Shown: positions 1 to 12,889 of the stretch, one piece after another
How the letters are laid out: every line of letters starts with the position of its first letter
Position numbering within the stretch: the stretch's first letter is position 1
NCBI GenBank assembly: GCA_028534125.1
Contig: CM052816.1
Span: forward strand, 51,152,001-51,216,000
Reading direction: 5' to 3'
DNA from: Lama glama
Lineage: Eukaryota
Length of the DNA stretch: 64,000 nucleotides
Notes under the pieces: model-generated
What the model was told of the DNA's origin: nothing
Databases searched by the model: none
Seen by the model: only the letters and a program-made list of their open reading frames with translations
Made by a program: the position numbers and the translations under genes

Positions 1-1678
1 GATTCTGAGACCACTTGTGGCAGCTGGGCTGACTTGACATCTGTTTGGAAAGCAAAGTGCTTTAACCCTTGAAGACAGTGTTTCCTTTCCACAGTTTCCT
101 CTTGACCTCTGCCTCCCAAGGGTGCTGAACTGCAAACAGTTGGGTGGGATTAACTTAGAGCCAGAAGGTTCGTTTTCCTTACTGACCTGGGCAATCAAAA
201 GTAAATGTCAACATTCCTCTAATGTGATGGTCCCCAAATCTTTCTATTACTTCAGGGGAAGGTACAAGATGTTTTTATTTTTGTTTTTGTTTTGTACTTT
301 ATAGTCAGCAGGAATATGTTATTTTTCAGGATTCTAATGTTCTCTCATTAAATATGATCAACCCAAACTAATCTGTACTGAGACAATGAGAGACTCTTAT
401 TTCTGAAACACTACAACATTTGAAATCTGTTGACTTGGAAGTGTGACAATGAGCGAGTGTAAGGCTTAGTTATCCAATGGGTCAACCAAAGGGGCACCCG
501 AAATATCTGAAGACACTTCAGCTTCCATGAATTTAATCAGAAATTTGAAATCAGATAATTCTGAAAGAAACTACTGGAATTTTGGCATTCATAGGAGTTG
601 GCAGTTTACAATTCACTAATGTCCTTATTTTTAATACATCTCTCAATCAGGACTTCCAAGGAAAGTCTAAGTTCTCACTGTGACAGGAATAGAGTTCTTA
701 CATGAAAGCTTTACATCAAAGTGGTGAAGACTCAAGAGGCTTTAATAAATAAATGTTGATTGACTGATTTCTTTGGAAACTGATTTGAACTTCATTGCCA
801 CTCATTTTCCCATCTTCTCCACAAACATTTTGTCAGAATTCCCCAAAGCATAGCTCTCCTTTAAAACACCTCCTTTTCCCTCTGCCTTGTTGAAGACACT
901 CAGTCTCACACATAGGGCTGCCACAGCCATCTCTCTCCCTCCCGCCTGCCACAGCCTCCCACCTGGTGTCCTCTGCTCCAGTCTCTCCAGTCTGTCCTTC
1001 ACCCTGCACAGATACCTGAGTCATCAGCCCAATTACCAATTTTATGTCACTCTCTTGCTCAGAATGATTCCTTACTATCCATTACTTATTAAGCAAAGCT
1101 TCATTTTGGGGAGGGGCATGGATGTCTTTCAATACCCAATAAGAACTATGGATCTTAGAATAATGCAAAATGCACACATGTTCTTTGCCTATGACTCAAA
1201 GGGTTCAAATATACCTGAAGCCTGTGGATGTGTGACTCTTAAGTTTAAAAATCCAAACCTATATAGTAAAGTTTGAACTGCATGGCCATGTCTATATTTA
1301 GTTTCCCTGCAGACTGGCATCAAACTACTTTCTAGGCTTATCTTCTATCAGGGTATCCCTAATCAAAGACAAAACTGAAAGCTTCGTCCAGCACCCACCA
1401 CATGCCAGGGACTATTCTAAGCCCTAAATGCACAGCGGCAAGCAAGAGAACAAACGTTCTTTTGCTGTTCATATCCTAGTGACCCATAGTTATCCTGTGT
1501 CTTGTCACACCCTAGCCTGCTACTGCATATCCTCAAAGGTATGCATTCCTAGTTTTAGTAACCTGACTCTTCATGTAGTTTATACTCTTATTGATTGCGT
1601 TTGCTCCCAGTATAACTTGTGTTTCCTCATGTCTGTGCTGGTCCTCTATACCTAGAATAATACTTTGTATCTTCGCAT

Positions 1679-1760
1679 CTCTCTCTTCTCTCTCTCTCTC
1701 TCAACTGTCTCTGTCTGTCTCCCCCTCTCCCTTCCCCTCTCCCTCTCCATCTTTCTCTCT
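1679..1760. repeat. CT-rich simple repeat / pyrimidine tract
   Basis: ctctcttctctctctctctc...ccctctcccttcccctctccctctcc. Confidence 0.85.
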
Positions 1761-3092
1761 TCAAGAAGTCTTTTCTGAACCACTTCAGCTCACAATAAAC
1801 ATTCTTCTTATATGTCTAGCAGTGATCTGGCACTTGTTCACATACTGCCTGTAACAATTCTTTAGAGTTGTCTTACTATGTAACTTATTATTATTGATTA
1901 ATTCTGCTATGTAATCTGTGCATTATCGCCCCGTCTTTGGAAAAGGAGACCATGCTGTAGATTGCTGTTTCCTGAACAATGCTGTCTATCACAGTGCCTT
2001 TTACACACACCACCACTAAATCTCTATGTGGTGGTTATTGCTGATTGATTGCAAGAGATGACGCCACTGAGATGATGAAACTTATCTCTTAACTTTCAGG
2101 AGTGATCCAGAGAAATTTCAGAGAATCTTTCTCTGCTTGGGGATTGATAATATGACCAAAGTGATGCACAACTTAGCAAACCAACCCAACCAATGTTATT
2201 CATCATTCTGACTGTGAGCCACCTCTGCGCAGTCATCGCTATGCGGACAATATGTAATAAAGTTGTTTATATTCCAAATAATAATTTGCTTTTGCCATCT
2301 ACACATGGCAGAGATTAGATGCATTCTTATCTGACCTAACCTTCATGATAATACGTGAATCGAAATCTTTGAAAGGAACAAAGGGCATCTTAAAACAAAT
2401 AAACAAACAAAAAACCAGATAGCAGACGATAATGGTATACGTGCGCAGCCTTGTTTGGTGCTATTAGTCACTGTAAGGCATTTGCTATCTCTGTCTGCAT
2501 CTATAACTCTCACCATCATTTCCTTGCAGAGTAAACAAATGTTGCTTATAAACTTCCACACACAGCCTGTCTTTGCAGGATTTTCTAACCTACCAACATG
2601 CTTAACAGACTCAAATGCTTTGTTAAAACTAAGTAGGTGGCATACAAATTACAACGCTGTTCTTTGAACTATGTCAGAGATGGTGTCACTAAATTTCTTA
2701 AGCATGATACTTGTTTTCTTTGAAACGTGAAAGAACAACGTGTCCTGACTGTTATCCTGGTGTGTCCAGTTCCACTCATCCCTACGCAGCCCCACAGGTG
2801 ATGTGCTTTGAAATCCTGAAGAATATCCTCTGCCTCCCACAGCCTGGGGCAATCTCCACATGGGTTGCTATTTACCCTAGTGACAGATTTCTATAAAGTG
2901 ATAATCAATACCAGATGGTCCACCACATGATGACTGCTGGGTGGCAAAAAAATGTGAATTTCTGTCTATATAAGTATAATAAGATTTGTTATTTGAGCTC
3001 ATGTCCCATACTGGCCACACAGCAGTGTTCATTTTGAATTTGGTGAATAAATGATAGAGACTATGTTTATCATCAATTTGAGATAAGATCAT

Positions 3093-3360
3093 TAATAACA
3101 GTAATAGCTAAATTTATTGTGTGATTGCATGCTATGTGCTACAACCTCTTCTAAACATTTTGTATTCATTATTTTACTTAATCTGAGTAACAACTCCATG
3201 AAGTTTGTACCACTATTGTCATCATTTTACAGATGAGGAAACTGAGGCACAGAGAGAATCATCACCTTGCCCCAGGTTCTACAACTAGTTTTGAAAAGCC
3301 AGAATTTGAATCTAAGCAGGTTGGCACAAAATCAACTATTCTTAATCACTGTGCTATACT
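3093..3360 (-). mobile_element. MIR SINE, near full length
   Basis: Reverse-complement MIR core cattttacagatgaggaaactgaggcacagagag, with matching flanks. Confidence 0.9.
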
Positions 3361-3384
3361 ACTTCATTTATTTTGTTCCGTTCT

Positions 3385-3580
3385 TTTTTCCCCCAACTTT
3401 AATGAGATATAAATGACATATAGCACTGTGTAAGTTTCAGGTGTACAGCATAATGATTTGACTTACATATAATGTGTAATGATTACCATAATAAGTTTAG
3501 TTAGCATCCATCATCTCGTACATATACAAAAAAACAAAAACAAAACAAAAAAATGTCTTTCCTTACGATAAGAACTCTAT
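3385..3580 (-). mobile_element. L1 3' UTR terminal fragment
   Basis: tttaatgagatataaatgacatatagcactgtgtaagtttcaggtgtacagcataatgatttgac is a typical antisense L1 3' end of the L1MA type. Confidence 0.75.
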
Positions 3581-3682
3581 TTAGTTCCATTCTTACGTTG
3601 GGAAGTTGAGGTAACTAACTATATCCTGGCTTGCTGTGTCAGAGGAAAAAATGGTATCAAATATTTATCATGACTCTATATA

Positions 3683-3871
3683 CAGTTGACGCTTGAACAA
3701 TGTGGATTTGAGCCGCACGGTCCAGTTATTTGTGGATATTTTCAACAGTAAATAGTATAGTACTGTGTGGTCCACGGTTGGTTGAATCCATGGATATGGA
3801 GGAACTGCGGATACAGAGGGCCAACTGTAACTGATATGTGAATTAACCCCGCATTGTTCAAGGGTCAACTG
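3683..3871. mobile_element. Tigger2-type (TcMar) MITE
   Basis: 23-bp terminal inverted repeats cagttgacgcttgaacaatgtgg / ccgcattgttcaagggtcaactg (2 mismatches). Preceded by TA and followed by TG (degenerate TA target duplication). Confidence 0.9.
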
Positions 3872-5539
3872 TGTATGGTATTCAATGGGTTGGTCTATGG
3901 GTAGGTGTTTAGTATTAATAATTCTAAGTTTTACTCTATATATCCAAGGACTTTGCAACAAAACATGCTCCATGCCATTGTTTGTCCTATGGACTTTGTG
4001 ATGGCCAGTGATTTGTCTGACTAGATGGTTTCAGCTAACACAATTTTGTGGCACTTTCCGTAAACCTGGGAAGAAGGTACTAGTCAAACCATCACAGACA
4101 TTTTCTCTGATAGCTTCTATTTCCCTAACATAGAAAGAATGGCACTATTCAACATCATATTTTGGCCTACTTCAAGAATGACCTTTAAGACAACTCTGAT
4201 ACAACCTTCTCTGTTAACAGATTCAAAAAAGACTAGGAATATGTTTCTTTGGTCAAGATTCTGATTGGCGTGCAAAGTCAGGGCTTCAGACTCAGCATTA
4301 TGCTAAATTTGCTGACTGTATACTCAAGGGCTAGTGGCCTTCCACATCTCCTCTATAGTCCTCTAGCACATAACAGCCTGAACTACTCATTTGATACTTA
4401 GCATTTGCTTGCTGCCAGCATTAATTTTATTTACTTGCATCTACATTTTTGCACATCTACATCTTACATTGCTAGCATTGGGTCCTTGAAGCATCTCTAA
4501 ATGTGGATTCTGCATCCAGTCAAATGGCCTGATGCTGCCTTGGCTGTACGCTTCTCTGACTGTTGGAAAAACCTCAGAGTGAACAGACACTAAGACAAGT
4601 GGCAACACCAACACATGTTGCCTAGGTTGCCCTGTTCCTGTGAATTTCTGACATCTGGGTGTTTTCTAAATTATGACTGCATTTGACACCTGATCTGCAA
4701 TCTGAAGGCATAAAACATACATAGTAGTTTAAAAAAACCCTCTAAAACCAGTTCACATCAATAAACATATATTATTAGCCCTTACACAAAGGTTACACTC
4801 TGCTTATGCATGCTACAGAAATAAAAATAAATATAGCCCCTACTGTGGAAAAGGATGCACTTAAGTAGAAGAGATATCTATTTGAACAGTTACTAGCTGG
4901 TATCTTCAATAGAGAAATGCAGAAGCATCAAAAAAGGTTAGCCATGCTAGCTCAGAGAGGATCATTAGGCCAGTTGGAAAGTGTTCCAGACAGAGAGAAC
5001 CACAGAAGCACAGGCCCGGAGTCAGGAAGCAGCACGGAGCACAGAGAGGGCCATAGCAAGATGGAAAACATGAGAGGTAGAAGTCACATGTGTTGGGGGA
5101 AGGTTGGATCATGTACTTCCTTAACCTGCACCCCCACCCCAACTCCTTCACCAAGTGTTATATATTTTCCCTCCTAATACCTCCCTCTAATATTACTTCC
5201 CTCCTAATATTATACATTCTTCTCCACCGTGGTCAGTATTGGCCCAGTGCAGTAGTTTCATATGTTGAAAGAACAAGCCTCCGTGCACTGTGCTGCTCTA
5301 TCTCTGACCCTCTCCCAAGGTCCCAGGCACCAGAATCAAAGACTGATGGAAGCCTGTTCCCTGCTCATGCCTGTGGGACCCTGCACACACTGCTCGCTCC
5401 CTCTCACCCCCTCCTCCATGTGTGTGACTAACAAACTCCTATTCAACTCCACCTATAGGGGTCTTTGCTCAACTTCCCAGGCAGAAAAACAGCACTTGTT
5501 CCTTCTCCAGATCCTTACACATTTTCATGGTGACTCTTA

Positions 5540-5693
5540 TCCTACTGTTTTGCAATTGCTTGTTTGCAGGGTTGTCTCCTTACCAGAATATAAGTTCTTT
5601 GGGAACAGGGACTGCATGTTAACTGTGTCCTAACCCCAGCACTAACCATAGCTCCTTGCTCATATTAGGTTTTCATTTAATGTTTGTGAATGA
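5540..5693 (+). mobile_element. L2 3' end
   Basis: agaatataagttctttgggaacagggactg...aatgtttgtgaatgaa, a typical L2 terminus. Confidence 0.7.
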
Positions 5694-7592
5694 AACTAAA
5701 AGCTGGTTCTTTGAATAGATTAAAAAAAATTGATAAACCTTTAGCCAGGCTCATCAAGAAAAAAAGGGGGAGGGCCCAAATTAATAAAATCAGAAATGAA
5801 AAAGAAATTAAAACCAATACCAGAAAAAATACAAGGGATCATAAGAGGCTACTATGAGCAACTATATGCCAATAAAAAGGACAACCTAGAAGAAATGGGC
5901 AACTTCTTAGAAAGGTGCAATCTCCCAAAACTGAATCAGGAAGAAATAGAAAATATGAACAGACCAATTACCAGCACTGAAATTGAATCACTAATTAAAA
6001 ACCTCCCAACAAGCAAAAGTCCAGGACCAGAATGCTTCACAGGGGAATTCTACCTAACATTTAGAGAAGAGTTAATGACTATCCTTCTGAAACTATTTCA
6101 AAACAATTGCAGAGGAAGGAACACTTCTGAATTAATTCCATGAGGCCACCATCGCTCTGATATCAAAACCAGAAAAAGATATCACAAAAAAAGAAAATTA
6201 CAAGCCAATATCACTTATGAATATAGATGTAAAAATCCTCAACAAAATACCAGCAAACTGACTCCAATAATACAATAAAAGATCATACACCATGATCAAG
6301 TGGAATTTATCTCAGGGATGCAAGAACTGATTTTCCAATATCCACAAATTAATCAGTGTGATATACTACATTAACAAACTGAAGAATAAAAACCATATGA
6401 TCATCTCAGTAGAGGCAGAAAAAGCTTTTGATAAAGTTTAACATCCATTTATGATAAAATCTCTCCAGAAAGTGGGCATAGAGGGAACATACCTCCACAT
6501 AATAAAGGCCATATATGAGAAACCCACAGCTAACATCATACTCAATGGTGAAAAGCTGAAAGCATTTCCTCTAAGATCAGGAAAAAGACAAAGGACCCCC
6601 ACTCTCACCACTTTTATTCAACATGGTTTTGGAAGTCCTAGCCACAGCAATAAGAGAAGAGAAAGAAATAAAAGGAATCCAGATTGAAAATGAAGAAGTA
6701 AAACTGCCACTGTTTGCAGATGACATGGTACTATACATAGAAAATCTTAAAGAGGCTACCAGAAAACTACTAGAGCTTATCAATGAATTTGGTAAATGTT
6801 GCAGGATATAAAATTAATACACAGAAACCTGTTGCATTTCTAGACACAAATAATGAACTATTGGAAAGAGAAATTAAGAAAACAATTCCATTTACCATCA
6901 CATCAAAAAGAATAAAATACCTAGGAATAACCTACTTAAAGAGGCAAAGGACCTGTACTCTGAAAACTATAGGACACCGCTGAAAGAAACTGAAGATGAC
7001 ACGAACAGATGGAAAGATATACCATGCTCTTGAATTGGAAGGCTCAATATTGTTAAAATGGCCATAATACCCAAGGCAATATACAGATTCAATATAATCT
7101 CTATCAAATTACAAATGACATTTTTCCACAGAACTGGAACAAAAAATTTGTATGGAAACACAAAAGACCCTGAATAGCCAAAACAATCTTGAAAAGAAGA
7201 ATGAAGCTGGAGGAATCATGCTTCCTGACTCCAGATTATACTATAAAGCTACAGTAATCAAAATAGTATATGGTATCACTTACATGTGGAATCTAAAAAA
7301 AAGTGATACAAATTCTATTTACAAAAACAGACTCAATGACACAGAAAATAAACCACGGTTATCAAAGGGGAAAGAGAGGGGAGGGATAAATTAGGGGTTG
7401 GGGATTTATACACACATTACTATATATAAAATAAACAACAAGGACCTACTGTATAGCACAGGGAACTATATTCAACTTCTTATAATATAGTGGAAAAGAA
7501 TCTGAAAAGAAAAACTATAAATACACTGAATCACTTTGCTGTACACCTGATACTAATATTGTAAATCAACTACACTTCAATAAAAATTTTTT
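5688..7592 (+). mobile_element. 5'-truncated, internally deleted L1 (ORF2 RT region plus 3' UTR), non-functional
   Basis: Frameshifted ORF2 peptides ([35 protein letters not shown]). It jumps at about 7270 to the ORF2 end/3' UTR and ends caataaaaa. Confidence 0.95.
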
Positions 7593-8912
7593 TGAAAGTC
7601 AGCTTGTCTAAAAGTAATGTTCATATACGGGGGCAAAGCTCTCTGTGGCCAGCTGGACCACAGCTAATAGGATGCTGAGGTTGTGGCAAGTGATTAGCCC
7701 AACAGTCCTCACTGGGATGTTGCACTGAGTTGGTTGTTAGGCTGCTAGCCAGATTCCCCTAGCAACATAAGCCTCAGTGAAAGTGGCTGGTGAAAGTCTC
7801 TCCACTACTGACAATGCCACAGCTAATCAGAGAGGACTATTTGGGTTTAAAACCATCACATGCCAAGACTATGTCTTTGTAGAACCTAGTAAACAGTCAG
7901 TGCCTATTAAGTGCTTACTATTAATATAGCCTTTTCACTAAAAGAGAAGAGAATCAGTGGAACCACCACCCTAGCATGCTAATTAATTCTCTGTGTGAAA
8001 AGAAGTGCTAATCTCCATTTTAAAACATCAATCACGGAAAATAAACTGAAATGTGACCAGATTTTAAAATGCTACTTGTTCTAAAATCAGATGTAAATGA
8101 GAGCTTCCAGGATTCTGTAAGAGGCGATTATATGGTGCTGTGAAACCCCATTTAAACTCAATCTTCTAGGAAACTTTAAAATACTTTTTTTCCAGTTTGA
8201 AGCTGTTCCCTAATATCACCCTTCAGATGCTTTCCTTGTCTAAGAAGCTTTGCTCTATAAAAATTTCTTCCAATTTCTAAGTGAAATATTATAGAATTTC
8301 CCAGAAGCATTAGCGACGGTTCCTTAGCAACTGTTGATATGTCTCAAAACAACCTGAAACAATCTTCTCTGAGACATATAGTCTCCCTCTCTCTCTGCTA
8401 ACAGAATTCCACAATATGGCACAAAAGATTCGTGTGGCTAAAAATAGCTTCTGACACACATTTTTAACGTTGACAGAGTCTTAATGATTTAAGTCTTCCA
8501 TATCACAGCTTTGGGTAGGTGTGCCTCAACAACAGTATATCAAAGGACTCTGTGCAGAGAGATTTTAGAATCTTTTTCTTTTTTAATCACACCATTAACA
8601 CTCTTGGCATTTCAGAAATAATGTTTATCGATTTTGGTGTTAGCACTCCCATAAATTAAGTGATGTAATGGACGGAATTATTGTGGTACTATAAAGAACA
8701 TGTCATTCAGATTGTTAACTACATATTAGAAAAAGCACAGACTGGATTCATGTAAAAATAACCTCAGATCTGGATAGTAAATAGGAGATGAAGGAAACTG
8801 ACATATTCCAGTGATTGATGGGTCTCTCTCCACCATTCCCTTCTGGATGTTGTACCAAAAACAACTGAACTTGTTTAATACAAGCAAGCTATAATAGCAA
8901 TGATCATTCTGT

Positions 8913-8933
8913 ACACACACACACACACACACA
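8913..8933. repeat. (CA)n microsatellite
   Basis: acacacacacacacacacac. Confidence 0.9.
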
Positions 8934-9264
8934 CCCCACCAAAGATGAAAATAAGACACATGAATTCAAGGTTTTCACCCCAAAGAAGTCAGGATAATAA
9001 AAAAGTATTAGGAATGGAGGAAAAAGCATTTAGAACTTGTAGCAGAAAGGAACTACCATGGTACAGAAAACAAAAACAGCCCTTAATAATCTGTGGGGCT
9101 ATAAGCTTTCACAAGGAATTTGCCTCTTTCACTAGAAGACAAAGCCTAGCTAAAATCTGTGATTATGGTTCTAGGGTAAGGGTAGACAAGTTGAAATGAT
9201 AAAAACCTACATGCAGTGGACAGATCTGAAGAATTCCTGTATGTGTGTGTGTGATAGAACATAT

Positions 9265-9535
9265 ATGGGATAAATTGCATTTATATCTCATAGGCTTATT
9301 ATGAGGAGTAAATGAGCTAATGCACATAAATATAACACGGTGCCTAACACTTGTTAGCTGTGATCATCCTCATTATCATCACCATAAGCATCACCATCAT
9401 TTCTCCCATTTCATTTAGGAGGATACTGAGCTTCCAGGGAAGTTAGGTAACTTATTCAAGGTCACACAGCTTCCAGGGACGAGGCAGAGACTGATACCTG
9501 CCTAATTCCAAAGTCCATGACCTTTCCAATTTCAC
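9265..9535. mobile_element. Two MIR fragments in opposite orientation
   Basis: Plus-strand MIR 3' half (ctcataggcttattatgaggagtaaatgagctaat), then a minus-strand core (taacttattcaaggtcacacagct). Confidence 0.7.
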
Positions 9536-10618
9536 TACAGATCTAAGCATAGAGGGGTAAAGCATTTTGCTTCTATGAGATGAGTTTCAAATAAAAAGAG
9601 AATATAGTTGCTGCTACCATCTTTATTCTTATGGTTGTAAACACAAATAAATATAATGAAAACTCTTAATAGCACGAATTTTATTGGCTAGATGTAATAG
9701 AATAATCTATGGCTAGGCTAAGACATTTCCTGGTCATAGGTTAAGGATCTAGAAGTGGCTTTTGCTGAAGTGTTGCCAGTCTGTCATTGATCTCCCATTC
9801 TATACATATCCAGTTAGCATTCCTGAAGTCACACAAGTTGCAGAGGTGACTAATTTGATTATGTTATTTTAAAACAATAACATTACTGTGGATATAATGA
9901 ATAATTTTACCATATCAGAACATCAAACTCCATTCATTAGAGCCCATCAAATAAGTCTGGATATAAATTAATAATAGGTGTCTGTGTTCTGGTTTGGATA
10001 TGAAGGAGGAAAGTTACTTGAAAATAAAAGGGCAGAAGATTTATTTTTAGTCCAGGATATACTTAGAGTTTAATAGTCCTAAGCCAGTGTGGCTCAGGGC
10101 CTAATTTGAATCTTTTTTTGTTGCCCTTCCTCTTTGCTCTCAAACAGACAAGCTAATAAGCAGTGGGGACATATCTAGGATCTACAGAATATTTCTGCAG
10201 TTTCTATTTTTTAAATCATCAAGCTGTTCTTTAGTTTTATAGAGCAGTTTTTCAATTGTTGAGGATCTTTCTGAGAAAGGTAATTTGATTTCTATCCTTG
10301 GCTTTTCGATTTTATATTCCATCATCACTAAACATTGATTAAGTCTGCTGCAATACACTCCCTTGTATTTGGGTCTTTGAATTCTCAGAAGGTCATTATT
10401 TATTACAATGTAACAATCTGGAAATATTTTTTAAATACGGTCAATACAGGTGCTGTACTTATCCGTATTAACCTTTGTTTTTTTTTGTTTTGTTTCAGGA
10501 AAACATGAACTAACTGATGCTTCTGAATAAATATGGCTATATTTAATTTAATTTTTAAAAGATACAAGAAAATTAATATTCTCTTTCTGAGACTATCATC
10601 ATTTTAAAAAACTCAAGG

Positions 10619-11145
10619 TCTAGTAGGTGGTTTTCTAAAATGGCTCAATAATCCTTATCTCCTGGTATTCATTCCCTTGTGCAATCCCCTCTCCCTGCAC
10701 TTGGGCTGGATCTGGTGACTTGCCTCCAACAAAAAGAATGTGGCCAAAGTGAGGAAATGTCACCTCTGTGATTAGGCTACAAAAGGCTGCGACTTCTACA
10801 GTACTAGTTGTCTCTTGCGTGCCCCCTCAATTCCTCACTCTGACTGAGCAAGCTGCCATGTGGTGAGATGCTCTATAGAGAGGCCTTGCAGCAAGGATCT
10901 GAGGGAGGCCTCCATCCAACAGCCTGTGAGGAACTGAGTCCTGCCAACTACCACGTGAGTGAGCTAGAAAGTGGATCCTTCCTAATGAAGCCATGGGATA
11001 TCTGTAGTCCAGTGGGAGACTCAGGACCAGAGCACCTGGGTACACCATGCCTGTTTTCCTGACCCACAGAAAATGGCAGATAACAAATACTTTAAGCCAC
11101 TATATTTTGTGGTGATTTGTTATACTGCAATAAATAACAACAACA
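10619..11145 (+). mobile_element. MaLR solo LTR (MLT1F-like)
   Basis: ctcctggtattcattcccttgtgcaatcccctc near the start, gaggaactgagtcctgccaactaccacgtgagtgagc internally, and tttaagccactatattttgtggtgatttgttatactgcaataaataac at the end. Confidence 0.88.
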
Positions 11146-12889
11146 AAAAAAGCTGTAAAATATATAATGTCATCATTCATTCTACTTAGTAAATATTTAG
11201 CTAGAGCCTCTTAAATGCCAGGCACTTGGCTTGTTGCTGGGAACGCTGTGCAGAATGAAATGCACATGGTCCTTGTCTTCTGGAACAGAGGGAGACTGTC
11301 CTGTGTGCACTTCCCTGGCTGCTGGTTTGCATTTGGTTCCCCACAGGAACTATGATGAGTGTTAGCTGCCATTTGATGAGAGAGCCCCTCCACCGTGAGG
11401 GACACACTCTTCCACAGAAGGCCTTTGGTAAGCTGTAGCCTGGTCTGAGCAATTATCCCTGGTTCCCAGGGGCTGATATTTTCTCCTCAGGTACAACAAA
11501 AGCCCTGGCATATGTAGATAGCAATGCTTCATTACTTAGATTCTTTTACACATGAAGGGTAAGAATAACCCTTGAATAAATTTTTTCATATTAAAAATGT
11601 ATCTCATTAGTCTGATCATAATAATAATTATAATTGGAACCCAATTATAATTGTTGCAACAACAATGCAACTGCAAATCTTTTGTGAATTAGTAGTCTTC
11701 ATCTGTTTCTGCTAAATTATTCTTATCAAGCTTACAAATATCATACATTTAGTTCATTATGATGCTCAATTTTTTATTCTAGCTTTACCTATCAAAAAAG
11801 TCAACTATAATCACATTGTCTTCAGATTTTGTGACACATTCTTTTGGTGGTAAAACTGTATTCATGAAGATTAGCTACATTTTTAGAAACAACTTAGGAC
11901 ATTCATGGTTAAATATCTGTAGATTATGAAGTAATGTTCAAAGATTACCATATAGAAATCCATGGGTATGAGTACATGACTTACTCTTGTAGCTTCTGGA
12001 TGCACAATTAGGCCAATGAGTAGTTTAGGTGACAGTGAGGCAGAACCTCATAATTAAACTGGTGAAAGCAATCCCAAATGTTTAGGATTAAATTTGTCCA
12101 AAAGTTACCTTAAAAGACAATGTCCAAGACCCAAAGTGGAGCAATCACAACTCTGGTTTGGATAATTTAGAAAGAATTGTCAACAGAAGAGAGAGAATTA
12201 GCAGAGATCAGGGGAAATGGGAAACAGAGAGCACAGTTGGGCAGTGCCCGTGTAGCACCACCCAGGACAGGGAATTCTGGGTGTGTTCATCCATGTGCTA
12301 ATGGTGAGCATGAAAGATACGGACCCTGCTCTCAAGAACCCTACATTCTATTAGACCAGATGACAAAGTGACTAGTCTAATCGTCAGGAATATGCATGGT
12401 GGAGTTGGCTATACCTGGCTAGATGTTACCTTTAAAATCATCTAACTCTTCTTTGCTGAGCTTCTAGGCTCACCAGATAACATTATTATGAGGTGGCTTT
12501 GAGTAATTTTCCTCAATGCTGATTAGCTGACACCAGCTCTCCCATTCATGTGGCAGCTACAATGCATAATTATAAATTAATACACTGACATTCTAAGTTT
12601 TTCATATCAGTCACTTAAGAGTCTGGTTGGCATTCCCTCTGAGTTCTTCCCAAAGAACTGAAGCAATGTGGTGGCCAGAGGAAGGAAGGCAGAAGCAGCC
12701 AAGGCAGGGAGAGATGACAAACCAAGACCAGGGACAGGAGGAACCAAACTCCTAGCCTGGGAAATAATAACTTGTTTCAAGTCCTCAATGGAAGTTCAAA
12801 ACAGAAATTGGAGAGTGAGAAACAAAGTCAATATCTTCAAGTTAAGAGAAGTTAAAAATGGAATAAAGTAAAGGAATAAATAGAAGCAA

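Noticed and set aside
5796..7394. Reverse transcriptase ORFs (FADD motif) as an active or novel retroelement system
   Set aside because: Ordinary L1 ORF2 broken by several frameshifts and stops, 5'-truncated and internally deleted.
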